This document shows positions 38,601 through 48,636 of a DNA stretch of 64,000 nt, in pieces (positions within the stretch are counted from its first letter, which is position 1; each line of letters opens with the position of its first letter). This DNA comes from Oopsacas minuta (lineage: Eukaryota > Animalia > Porifera): NCBI GenBank assembly GCA_024704765.1, contig JAKMXF010000354.1, forward strand, positions 233,690 through 297,689, read 5' to 3'. The notes below the pieces were generated by a model. The model searched no databases. It was not told where the DNA came from and saw nothing but the letters and a program-made list of their open reading frames with translations. Made by a program: the position numbers and the translations under genes.

Positions 38601-40043
38601 TCATCTCCATTTGTGTGTGAAGAGAGAGAGTACTTCATTTCAAGACAACTATACTACTACTCTGCAGAAGAGGAGAGATTTTCTCTCTACAAACGAAATC
38701 TATTAAATATACACTCTCCAATAAATATACACAATCCTACAGTATGTAATGGAATACTCAGTCTCTTATTTCTACTATCATTATCTATGTTTCAATGGTA
38801 TAAGCTATGGAATGGAGATTACTTAGAGCAACTAAGAGTGTTAGAACAATTTAAAATCAAAATTCTTCTCTTATTGCACTATCAAGCATGGTGTGAAGAT
38901 TCTAACAAGAACCAAATTATATGTCCTTACAACTTTCATAAAATACAGTCAATACAAACTCCATATAACCTCCCATCACTCACATTTACTGTAATTAATT
39001 CAGTTTATGGATTTGAATATAACTTTACAATACAGAGATTAGAACCTAGGTTATTTCCTCGTCTCCTCTCTCTACAAACATGCTACAAAGCAGTGTCCTC
39101 TCAAATCAGTTTGTATGCTAGCACCAGAAGAGCTGAGCTTGATAGAATTCTCCAGTTCAATGGAGGCGGTATTGAGAAGATACATTTCTTCAAAGAAGGA
39201 GCTCTTGAGCAGACTAGTTGTCAATTTGATTCTCTTTCATCTAACAAGAGAGGTCTCCATTCAATTTATCCACTCAATGGATGGTCTAACATTACAATTC
39301 CTGATAAAGAAGTTCTAATTACAGATTCTGGTAAGATGCGAGTATTAGATATTTTGCTAGCAAAACTAAAAACAGAAGGACATAGAGTCCTTATATACTC
39401 CCAGATGACTAAAGTAATTGATCTACTAGTAGAGTACATGATATACCGGAAGTATAGGTATATCCGTCTAGACGGGAGTTGTAGAATTTCTGATAGGAGA
39501 GATATGGTAGATGACTTTCAGAACAAATCAGACATTTTCGTGTTCCTGCTAAGCACACGTGCAGGGGGACTTGGCATAAACCTGACAGCAGCTGACACTG
39601 TAATATTCTATGACTCAGATTGGAATCCTACTGTTGATCAGCAAGCTATGGATCGTGCTCATAGGCTAGGACAAACTAGACAAGTTACTGTATATAGACT
39701 AATTACAAAGGGTACTATTGATGAGAGAATTTTACAGAGAGCTAGAGAAAAGAGTGAGATACAACATATGGTTATATCAGGTGGAGAGTTTAAAATGGAT
39801 CAACTTAAACCTAAAGAGATGGCCTCACTACTCTTAGACAGTGAAGAGATTGAGAGTAAACTTCTAGCTAAGCAACAGGAGAGAAGAGAGCAAGAAGAGA
39901 GAACCAAAGAGAAGAAGAGGAAATATAAACATTCTCTCCCTCCTTCAAAGAGGGTTAAATTAGATTCATCCCTGCAGGCCTCTTCTTCACGAGCATCATC
40001 TCCTTCAATAAACAACTCATCTTCTCTTTTAACAAACAAATAA
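35623..40043 (+). CDS. INO80: Chromatin-remodelling ATPase INO80; exons 35623-36324, 36392-36732, 36996-37427, 37495-37732, 37876-38160, 38409-40043
   Basis: DBINO ([23 protein letters not shown]), [73 protein letters not shown]. All five introns are GT-AG and phase-consistent. Confidence 0.95.
38199..38366. mobile_element. Tc1/mariner-type MITE (168 bp) in INO80 intron 5
   Basis: TA|CACTAGACTCAGCTTAATA ... TATTAAGCAGAGTCTACTG|TA; 17/19 TIR match and TA TSD. Confidence 0.8.
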
Positions 40044-40272
40044 TTCAATAATTGTGACCAGGTTCTATTCCAACTATACATGTGGAGGAATTGATATTTC
40101 TACTACATTACATCCTCATAACTCAGGTATTATTTCAATCATGATTTCGTTATACTTGTATTTGAATTCTTTAATTATATTTTACATACTGTGCTAATTT
40201 GTAAAGTCAATTTTGGTAAAACAGTTCGCATAAATTGTATTTTTGGGGATGGCTATATCCTAGCCTATATTA

Positions 40273-40435
40273 CAGTGCAACCTCGTAATACTTACACGGT
40301 TAATACGAATTTAGGATAAGAACAAATATTTACGCAATACCAGTTCCCTACAATGGTTATTCAATTGATATTCCTCTGGATAATACGAACAAAATTTGAC
40401 CGTCCGTTGGTGTTCGTATTAACGAGGTTCCATTG
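40273..40435. mobile_element. Tc1/pogo-type MITE (~163 bp)
   Basis: TA|CAGTGCAACCTCGTAATAC ... GTATTAACGAGGTTCCATTG; imperfect TIRs. Confidence 0.65.
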
Positions 40436-40452
40436 GATATATAGATATTTAT

Positions 40453-42627
40453 ATGAGTGCGAATTTCTATTTTTCTGACAAGAAGTTGTTGGAGAGAGTC
40501 CGCCATCATTACAACATCATATCTCCTATACATCAAGGGAGGATTGATAATTCAGCTTTGATAGAATTGTTGTTAGTAGAATACCAAGAGTATAGACGGA
40601 AAAATAATAGAGTTTTTACAAATCAAGTCAATAAAGCTATTTATTTAATTCGACAGCAAAATAATAACACAGTTCAACATTTAGAAAAAGAAACAGATAC
40701 TATGAACAATGCTATAACTGAGCTATACTCTAAGCCAAGTAAAGGATCACTAGAAAATGATGATAGAAGCTCTGTTACGGCAGATTCAGTATCAAATGGT
40801 AATGAAAATCTAAAGAGAAACAATTCAGTTTCAGATCATAATTCAACTTCCAATGAGAAGAGAATAAAGCTCAGAAATAATCACAAATTTAAGTCAAGCA
40901 AAAATCTTGAATCTTCTACTGAAGAAACTCTGTTAAAAACTCATTTTATTCCAGAGATTTCTGATATCAATTTTTCTCATGTTGGTGGTTTAGAAAATAT
41001 ACTAAATGAAATAAGAAAACTATTTATACATTTTCAGCGAGCAGATTTGTTTGTTGAGATAGGGATATCTCCTCCCACAGGTATGTTGCTACAGGGTCCT
41101 CCTGGTTGCGGCAAGACCCTACTAGCAAGAGCTATTTCTGGAGAGTTCAATGTGCCTATGATAGGTGTAGCAGGGACTGAGCTAGTATCAGGAATATCTG
41201 GTGAATCAGAGAATCAAATAAGGAAGTTATTCGACTCAGCTACCAGCAGCAGTACACCCGTAATTCTATTTCTAGACGAGCTGGATGCAATAGCTCCAAA
41301 AAGAGAGGAGCAGTCAAGAGAAATGGAGCGTAGAATCGTGTCTCAACTTCTCATCTGTATGGACGAATTGAACAAGAATCATAAACAAGCTAATAACAAA
41401 GTATTTGTAATCGGAGCAACCAGTAGGGTGTCTGCTATCGACCCGTCTCTCCGTAGATCTGGAAGGTTTGACAGAGAGGTGCGTATAGGAATCCCGAATG
41501 AATCGGCTAGGAAGAATATTCTAGAAGTTATCTGTAAGAGTTTGAAAATAGATGATAATGTTAACTTACCTCTTCTCTCCCATTTAACTCCTGGATATGT
41601 AGCAGCTGATCTCTATGCTCTAGCGCAAGAAGCTGCTCTCAACGCTGTTAACACATTTCTAGACATCGAGCAAAGCATTAGTACCGATTTAGTTAATCTT
41701 AAAATTCAAAACTCTGATTTTGAAAAAGCTCTTACACAAATTCAACCATCTTCTATGAGAGAGGGATTTGCTACAATACCCAATGTAAGATGGTCAGAGG
41801 TAGGAGCTCTTAAAGAAATCAAGACAGAACTAACTCTCTCTATTCTTGCTCCCATTAGATATCCTCAACATTATGCTTCTTTATGTATAACAAAACCTCC
41901 TGGTATATTGTTAGCTGGTCCCCCTGGCTGTGGTAAGACAATGCTGGCAAAAGCTTTAGCTAACGAGGCTGGCCTCAATTTCCTCTCTATAAAGGGTCCA
42001 GAACTGATGAATATGTATGTGGGAGAGACAGAAAGAGCTGTGAGACAGGTATTCCAGAGAGCGCGAAATTCCTCACCTTGTGTAGTATTCTTTGACGAAG
42101 TTGATGCTCTGTGTCCTAAGAGATCAGAGTCTGGGGAGAGTAGTGTGACTGCTCGTGTTGTTAATCAGATGCTAACTGAGATGGACGGGATGGAGCCAAA
42201 GAATCAAGTCTACTTCCTAGGAGCTACAAACCGTCCTGATATGATAGATCCAGCTCTCCTAAGACCCGGTAGAATAGATAAAACACTGTATGTAGGTCTC
42301 CCAACTGAATCGGAGCGAGTTGACATACTTAATTCTCTCACTAAATATAGAACTCATCCCCAAATTAGTCCAGAGGTAAAATTCGAAGAATTAGCTAATG
42401 CTGATAATACTAAGGGATTTTCAGGAGCTGATCTAGCTGCTCTAATCCATGAAGCTTCTCAAGAAGCTTTTAGAGAATTTATCAAGTCTGTAGAAGATAT
42501 TTTATTTGAGTCTAAATGTGAAAATCATTTGAGTGAGCCTTTTGAATCAGTTGTCTGTAAGAGACATTTTGATGTTGCTATTCATAAAGTACATCCGTCA
42601 ATTAAAACTATTCAGGATTTTCTTTAA
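40453..42627 (+). CDS. NVL: Nuclear VCP-like AAA+ ATPase (Rix7/smallminded), intronless
   Basis: NVL N-terminal nucleolin-binding segment (EYQEYRRKN..VF..QV); two AAA modules GPPGCGKT with LFLDELD and VFFDEVD; SMREGFATIPNVRW. Confidence 0.93.
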   Translation: MSANFYFSDKKLLERVRHHYNIISPIHQGRIDNSALIELLLVEYQEYRRKNNRVFTNQVNKAIYLIRQQNNNTVQHLEKETDTMNNAITELYSKPSKGSLENDDRSSVTADSVSNGNENLKRNNSVSDHNSTSNEKRIKLRNNHKFKSSKNLESSTEETLLKTHFIPEISDINFSHVGGLENILNEIRKLFIHFQRADLFVEIGISPPTGMLLQGPPGCGKTLLARAISGEFNVPMIGVAGTELVSGISGESENQIRKLFDSATSSSTPVILFLDELDAIAPKREEQSREMERRIVSQLLICMDELNKNHKQANNKVFVIGATSRVSAIDPSLRRSGRFDREVRIGIPNESARKNILEVICKSLKIDDNVNLPLLSHLTPGYVAADLYALAQEAALNAVNTFLDIEQSISTDLVNLKIQNSDFEKALTQIQPSSMREGFATIPNVRWSEVGALKEIKTELTLSILAPIRYPQHYASLCITKPPGILLAGPPGCGKTMLAKALANEAGLNFLSIKGPELMNMYVGETERAVRQVFQRARNSSPCVVFFDEVDALCPKRSESGESSVTARVVNQMLTEMDGMEPKNQVYFLGATNRPDMIDPALLRPGRIDKTLYVGLPTESERVDILNSLTKYRTHPQISPEVKFEELANADNTKGFSGADLAALIHEASQEAFREFIKSVEDILFESKCENHLSEPFESVVCKRHFDVAIHKVHPSIKTIQDFL

Positions 42628-42720
42628 TTATTAAAAGTAGGAATTAGTCTAGTTTTCTATTTAATATTACTACTTTTGAAATTAACCAAAAGTAACGTAC
42701 AGTCGTACATTTGAATTAGA

Positions 42721-43473
42721 ATGATTAGAAAACTTTTACTTAATAAAGTCTTTCAAACTCAAAATTTCTTGGAATTGATACCTGGAGTGAAGGCTAAAAA
42801 CTCTACCAAAACGAGGCAAATTCATTCTACTTATATATTACTGAAGTCGAAATCGAAAAAGTTTGAAAAGAAAAGCAAGGCTCCTTCTGTAACAGATTTA
42901 GATATTTCTTCTGAGATTCTAGACAAAATCGGTATCTCCTCCCTTGGTGATGATGCAACTGAGTCTATTGACAAGATGAATCAAATTCTCCGTAAACGTA
43001 TCGCTATAAAGATTACTCCTGCTCATTTAGACACTGTACAGATAGAATCTAAAACAGGCTTCGTTCCTCTTAAGCTGGTCTCTCAATTATCTTTCCCAAA
43101 ACCAAATCTCATTAGATTAGACATGTCTCAATCAAGGGAACATCTACAAAACGCTGTTAAAGCTCTCAAGCATTATTTCCCTTTCGCAGGCATTCAAACT
43201 CAAGGATTCGATCATATAGAGATTACGACTTATAAATTAAATAAAGTTATCAAAGTAGAAATGCAACGAGAAGCTAAGAAGTGTTGTGAAGATACCAAAT
43301 CTATTATAAGAAATATATCAGCACCTGTTCTGAAAAGACTCAAATCTCAAAAATCTCTTGGACAAGATACCAAACACGACGGAGAATTGTTTATTCAATC
43401 TCTCACGAGGTATTATAGCCAACAAATCGATGAATCAGTTGAGAAGAAATTGGAAGAAGTAGATGAGTTGTAG
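42721..43473 (+). CDS. MRRF: Mitochondrial ribosome recycling factor
   Basis: Presequence-like N-terminus (RQIHSTYILLKSK); RRF core HLDTVQIE...PLKLVSQLSFPKPNLIRLDMS; helical C-terminus ending KKLEEV. Confidence 0.8.
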   Translation: MIRKLLLNKVFQTQNFLELIPGVKAKNSTKTRQIHSTYILLKSKSKKFEKKSKAPSVTDLDISSEILDKIGISSLGDDATESIDKMNQILRKRIAIKITPAHLDTVQIESKTGFVPLKLVSQLSFPKPNLIRLDMSQSREHLQNAVKALKHYFPFAGIQTQGFDHIEITTYKLNKVIKVEMQREAKKCCEDTKSIIRNISAPVLKRLKSQKSLGQDTKHDGELFIQSLTRYYSQQIDESVEKKLEEVDEL

Positions 43474-43937
43474 TCTTATAATATAATTTATCAATTACAA
43501 AACTACACTCCAGTTCACGATTACACATATTTACTAATATTTTCGATTATACACCCTCTGAAATTTACATATACTATTAAATAATGGTCACTGACACGTG
43601 CGTTAATCGTCTAATTGAATTTAGCCATTTTAGGTTGCAATTTTAGTTAGAAAAGGATGGGTTTTGATTGGACAAGAGTGAAGTTATACCACTTTCCTGT
43701 TGCCGGAGAGTTCAGGCAGCCCCTGCCTGTTGTGCCAGCTTCTCTTACTTGTTTATACAGAGATTTCTATGATTAGATAATTATCGCTTCAATTGTTGAA
43801 TTTAGACTGTTTTGCAATTCGAACTGAAATCCCAAAGACTTTTTATGTGTGTGTAGCCCGAAATTTACTTCATCCTTTCATGAGTTTATATTTCTATTTT
43901 TTCAAGAATGTAAACATATTCGTACATTAGTAGTATA

Positions 43938-44756
43938 ATGGAGAATATGTGTGACATTCCAATGGCACTATTGACTCATTGTCAGCTGTTTACACCCCAC
44001 ACATGTGATGACAGCTTTAAAATACCTGTGCAACTTTACGAGCCAATCTGGCTGCCTAAACAGTGTATGCAAGAGGTGAATGCTGAGCTCAGCTCGTTAT
44101 GTCTACAGGTTGAAGCTCTGTTAGTATCTAGCTCGTTGCATTCTAAAGATATTCAGTCAGGTAAAAGCAGAGGTAGGAGTAAGGTTAAATTTGAATCTCT
44201 TCACCAAGAAGAGATTATAGAGTTTGTGAATAGGATGCAAGATATAGTACACCCTCTAGAGCCTACAGAATCTCTGTACAATTATCTTATTGGACATGAT
44301 ATGGGACAAGTATACCCACACTTAATGCAGTTATTACAACATCCTGGAATAATTCCTGATTCAAGAAGTTTACCTTCTATTCCTATGGATTACTTCCAAT
44401 ACTTATCCAGACTGAATAACCTCATGATAATGTCCCAAGAATTAAATGCTGACAACAATAACTGCAGTAATCATAAATACCTAGCTCACCAATTAGCATT
44501 GTTGCATCAAACATCTAACTGCCTAGGTGACCAGACTCAATGGGCTAAAAGAGAAATACAGTCACACTTTGATGCAGTCAGAGGTGCTTGCTCTCAAACA
44601 TCAAAGAAACGGATACGACTACCTTTAGAAGAGACACAATGGATAGACAGATTGACACGTGGTTTGTATTCACAAGCATCATCATTCTCTCTACACTTAT
44701 CCACACAGCAGTCAGTAGACTCTATGCTCAGCCTATGTCATCTGATTAATCATTAA
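43938..44756 (+). CDS. Uncharacterised protein (272 aa)
   Basis: Clean ATG-TAA ORF in the plus-strand gene run with TAG 4 nt before ATG; protein-like motif NHKYLAHQLALLHQ. No family assigned. Confidence 0.7.
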   Translation: MENMCDIPMALLTHCQLFTPHTCDDSFKIPVQLYEPIWLPKQCMQEVNAELSSLCLQVEALLVSSSLHSKDIQSGKSRGRSKVKFESLHQEEIIEFVNRMQDIVHPLEPTESLYNYLIGHDMGQVYPHLMQLLQHPGIIPDSRSLPSIPMDYFQYLSRLNNLMIMSQELNADNNNCSNHKYLAHQLALLHQTSNCLGDQTQWAKREIQSHFDAVRGACSQTSKKRIRLPLEETQWIDRLTRGLYSQASSFSLHLSTQQSVDSMLSLCHLINH

Positions 44757-44878
44757 TGTTGAGATTATCTCTTATTTATCTTTAATTTAATTTATTGACT
44801 AATTAATTTAGCGAACCTTCTTTGATACGGAATAATATATTCTGTCTATCTAGTAGCAATAGTAACGTAAAAAAGACA

Positions 44879-46957
44879 ATGCGTCTTCATAGAACTCTCA
44901 ATCAGTTACGTCACGTGAAGAAGATAAATTCTAGACATAGGCACACCCTCACAGTTTCCACTGAGGTATCAGAAGCAGTTAGAAAGGGAAGGCCTATTGT
45001 AGCTCTTGAATCAGCTGTTCTATCACATGGAATGCCACCTCCTGACAACTTTAACACAGCTGTTAATATACAGAACATACTTACTCAGATGGGAGTAGTA
45101 CCAGCTGTTACAGCTGTGATAGACGGAACTCTGAGAGTTGGACTAGCTAGGGAGGAGTTGGAGAGATTATGCAACGGAGACTCTAATGAATTTGTCAAGG
45201 TGTCCAGACGAGACTTGGCTCCCTGTGTGGCTAAAGGGTTAACCGGGGGTACAACTGTGAGTGGGAGCATGCTCCTCGCTCATTGGGCGGGTATCAACTT
45301 GCTAGTCACCGGGGGAATAGGAGGAGTACATCTGGGGGGAGAGAATAGCATGGATGTTAGTGCTGACCTCATCGAACTTGGGCGTACCCCTGTTACTGTG
45401 GTGTGTGCAGGAGTTAAGAGTATTCTAGATATACAACGAACTTTAGAAGTTCTGGAGACACAGGGCGTGACTGTGTGTACCCTAGGAGAGGATCAGATAC
45501 CAGCCTTCTACTCCACTCACAGTGGTATCAAGGCTCCTCTTAGGGTTGATTCTATTACAGAAATTACTTGCTTAATCTCCGCTAACAAACAGCTGGAGTT
45601 GAGTAGTGGTATTGTAGTATGCGTCCCCCTTTCTAAAGTTGATTCTATCAACAAAGAAGAGATAGATTCTACCTTAAAGGATGCTATGCAGACAGCTAAT
45701 GATAATAGTATCACTGGTAATAAAATTACTCCATACTTACTGGATTATATGAATAATAGGAATCCTAGATATTTGGATGCTAACATAAGTCTATTGAAGA
45801 ATAACACTATAGTGGGAGCTAGAATAGCGAAATCTCTCTCAAGTGTGTCTAAGAGGTATTTACACACATCTACACAAAGAGAGGAGGTGAGGTCAAGCGG
45901 TAGAGGTAGAGGAAGACCTGTTGTTATAGGAGGGATAAACTTCGACCTTGTGTTAAAGTTTAAACAGAATGAAATAGATACTCTCACTACAAATGCAGGT
46001 TGTATTAAACACAGTCTGGGTGGTGTGGGAAGGAACCTAGCTCAATGTTTGAAACAGCTGGGTCCTGGTTGTGAATTTATCTCTGTAGTTGGACAAGACA
46101 CATTCGGACAGATGATCCTTAAAGAGATGCCTGATCCTCAACACGTGAGAGAGTTATCCGGTGTCAGTACAGCTAAATACTGTGCTATGTTAAATGAGGA
46201 GGGAGAACATATGTATGGAATGGGAGATATGGATATTCACCAGTTAATAACACCTAAAATGATACAGGAATCCTATCAGCTGATTGCTAATAGTCCTATT
46301 GTTGCATTTGATGGTAATATATGTTATGATACAATGATCATGCTAATTGGTATCTGTAAGAAAGAGGGAGTACCAACTTGGTTTGAACCAACCTGTAGAG
46401 CTCTTTCTGCCAAGTTCCTAGGTCCTACACAACTCTACCCATCTATTATCTCTCCTAACCGCGAGGAGTTAGTCACAATACACAGAGCTATGTTCTCTCC
46501 TTCTGCGGAGAATAGCTCACTACGCCCTGACTACCAAACTGCTACAAAGTTATGTACAGATCTCTTGAGGCATATCCCTGTAGTCCTCTTAACCCTGGGA
46601 GGAGAGGGTGCTCTAGTTGGTGTGAGACACAAAGACATGCTACACTCCCCTAAACTTCTGTCTCTTCTCGGCAGGGAGAGTACAACACAAACTGTCCTCT
46701 ATCCTGTCCAATTCGTGACCAATCACATGCCAGCTGTTCCTGTCAGCTCTGTAACTAGTGTGTCGGGTGCTGGAGACTGTCTAGCTGGTACAGTGATAGC
46801 AGGGTTATCACAGGGTGTTAGTTTAGAGGAGTCTGTATCCTCTGGGATAATTGCGGCAAGCCTGTCTCTTCTATCAAATGATACTGTTCCTGATACTTTA
46901 ACAGATAAAGTGTTTTCACAGGTTAAAGATACTTCTGTTCAAGAAGTATATTCTTAA
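44879..46957 (+). CDS. Bifunctional pseudouridine-5'-phosphate glycosidase (PsuG) + pseudouridine kinase (PfkB family)
   Basis: PIVALESAVLSHGMP, GGTTVSGSM, TGGIGGVH, DVSADLIEL, GVKSILDI (PsuG); GGVGRNLA, SPNREEL and VSGAGDCLAG (PfkB). ATG at 44879. Confidence 0.92.
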   Translation: MRLHRTLNQLRHVKKINSRHRHTLTVSTEVSEAVRKGRPIVALESAVLSHGMPPPDNFNTAVNIQNILTQMGVVPAVTAVIDGTLRVGLAREELERLCNGDSNEFVKVSRRDLAPCVAKGLTGGTTVSGSMLLAHWAGINLLVTGGIGGVHLGGENSMDVSADLIELGRTPVTVVCAGVKSILDIQRTLEVLETQGVTVCTLGEDQIPAFYSTHSGIKAPLRVDSITEITCLISANKQLELSSGIVVCVPLSKVDSINKEEIDSTLKDAMQTANDNSITGNKITPYLLDYMNNRNPRYLDANISLLKNNTIVGARIAKSLSSVSKRYLHTSTQREEVRSSGRGRGRPVVIGGINFDLVLKFKQNEIDTLTTNAGCIKHSLGGVGRNLAQCLKQLGPGCEFISVVGQDTFGQMILKEMPDPQHVRELSGVSTAKYCAMLNEEGEHMYGMGDMDIHQLITPKMIQESYQLIANSPIVAFDGNICYDTMIMLIGICKKEGVPTWFEPTCRALSAKFLGPTQLYPSIISPNREELVTIHRAMFSPSAENSSLRPDYQTATKLCTDLLRHIPVVLLTLGGEGALVGVRHKDMLHSPKLLSLLGRESTTQTVLYPVQFVTNHMPAVPVSSVTSVSGAGDCLAGTVIAGLSQGVSLEESVSSGIIAASLSLLSNDTVPDTLTDKVFSQVKDTSVQEVYS

Positions 46958-47013
46958 TTATGCTAATTATAGTTTAATTTTTGTTTTAAATAATTTAAGT
47001 ATAAATACACTAA

Positions 47014-47670
47014 TTTATCACACATGATTAATCACATTTTTACACCTTTTTGTGGATATTTCAAAATTATCCTAGAGATTAACTTCTACCTGCTAATTAG
47101 GTAAACAGGGACGTATGAGATTTGAAAGTAACTAATTCGCAGATTTATCATATGATTAATGTTATTTTCACACCTTTTGGTAATATTTCAAAATTATGCT
47201 CGAGATTTCATTTCAACTTCTAGTCAGGGGATAATCGAGTATGTAGACTGCAAATTGTGGTATCAACACAGGAGAGGAGGTGTCTGTGAATTTGTAAGGA
47301 GAAATTCGATTTATCAATTCATATTGATGAGCCACAATAATTATAATTGTGTCACCAACCATCTTATCTTATTTAAGTATCCAAATGTGAAGCAGAAGGT
47401 TATTGGTAACAACAACATCTTTTGAACCCTTGTGCCTTAAAGTCTACTCACCAATTTTGAAATAATATCAAGATGTTGTGTTGTTATCAATAATCTTCCA
47501 CCATAGCCTATGATATATCGAACTTCTCCTTACAAATTCACTGGTTTATCATATGATTAGCAAATTTTCGTATCATTTGCATGTATTATAAATAATTATT
47601 TGCTATAATTACGTTTCAACGGCTAGCCAGAGGTAATCGAGCATGTAGATTCTAATTTTGGCATTTTCAA
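47014..47670 (+). repeat. Degenerate ~130-bp tandem array
   Basis: TTTATCA(C/T)A..ATGATTA at 47014, 47144 and 47545; CAG.GGA/GTAATCGAG(T/C)ATGT at 47225 and 47628. Related to the array at 56798. Confidence 0.6.
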
Positions 47671-48636
47671 ATATATACGCGACCCAGAGGCCCGAGCTGC
47701 ACTCTCATTCTAAGCTGGTCATTTGCTGAATATATATTTTCGATTCCTACATAAATTCATTACTGGGGTCTAGTGATGCTATTCGGTCACTGTTTATAAT
47801 TGTCATATATTTAGTTACCTACGATTATGGAAATCTTGAGTACTATACACTGACAATATGGAATCTCAAAGTAATGACAGTTGCTCAGACAGTAATACCT
47901 CCCCAACTAGCAAACAAATCCAATCTAATCAATCCGAATCAGGAAGTCAAGATGAAACAACTTCTAGTAAGTTGATAATTATCTCTGATGTAGACAACAA
48001 AACTGGCGGGAGTATGACTTTTGTGTACAAAACTAGCGCGACGATTGTGTACAAATATATGGTACACAAACGTCGCACTAGCAAAGATGCCAACTCTCAC
48101 GGATAAACCGTGAATCTCACGGCTATGCCCAAATTCTCACTTTTCAGAGGATTTCTAACGGATCCTTGAGAAGCAAGTTGGCATCTATGCACTAGCTTTG
48201 TACAAGAATGACATTTGTGAAATAGTGAGCTAAAATCCACAAACCAATTATAACCAATATTCTCTAATCCAATTGAAATCCATCCACCAGGTAGATATCG
48301 ATTTAAATTACCCAATTTTACAAGCAGGAGGTAGTCAGACATCCAGGCAATATCCAGAAATCCTGGAGCAATACTGACACTATTCCAATGTAAAAAGCTA
48401 GTGTAACGTTTGTATACAGATATGCATATGCAGATATATGTGACACAAACATAGCACTAGCTTTGCACACAATGTCTCCCTACGGAAACTAGCTCATGAA
48501 TTATTACCTTAAACATTTAAATCGTAACCTGCCGAAAGTATCATTAACGGTCGTTATAGATATGATTGACACCTAAAAGTATGAATTTTTTGATAATTTT
48601 AAGAAATTTATTGCGAACGATTTGTATTATATAAAA

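Noticed and set aside
47858-48342. 82-aa plus ORF and 81-aa minus ORF
   Set aside because: Low-complexity start, runs through hairpin repeats, no homology recognised; probably decayed sequence.
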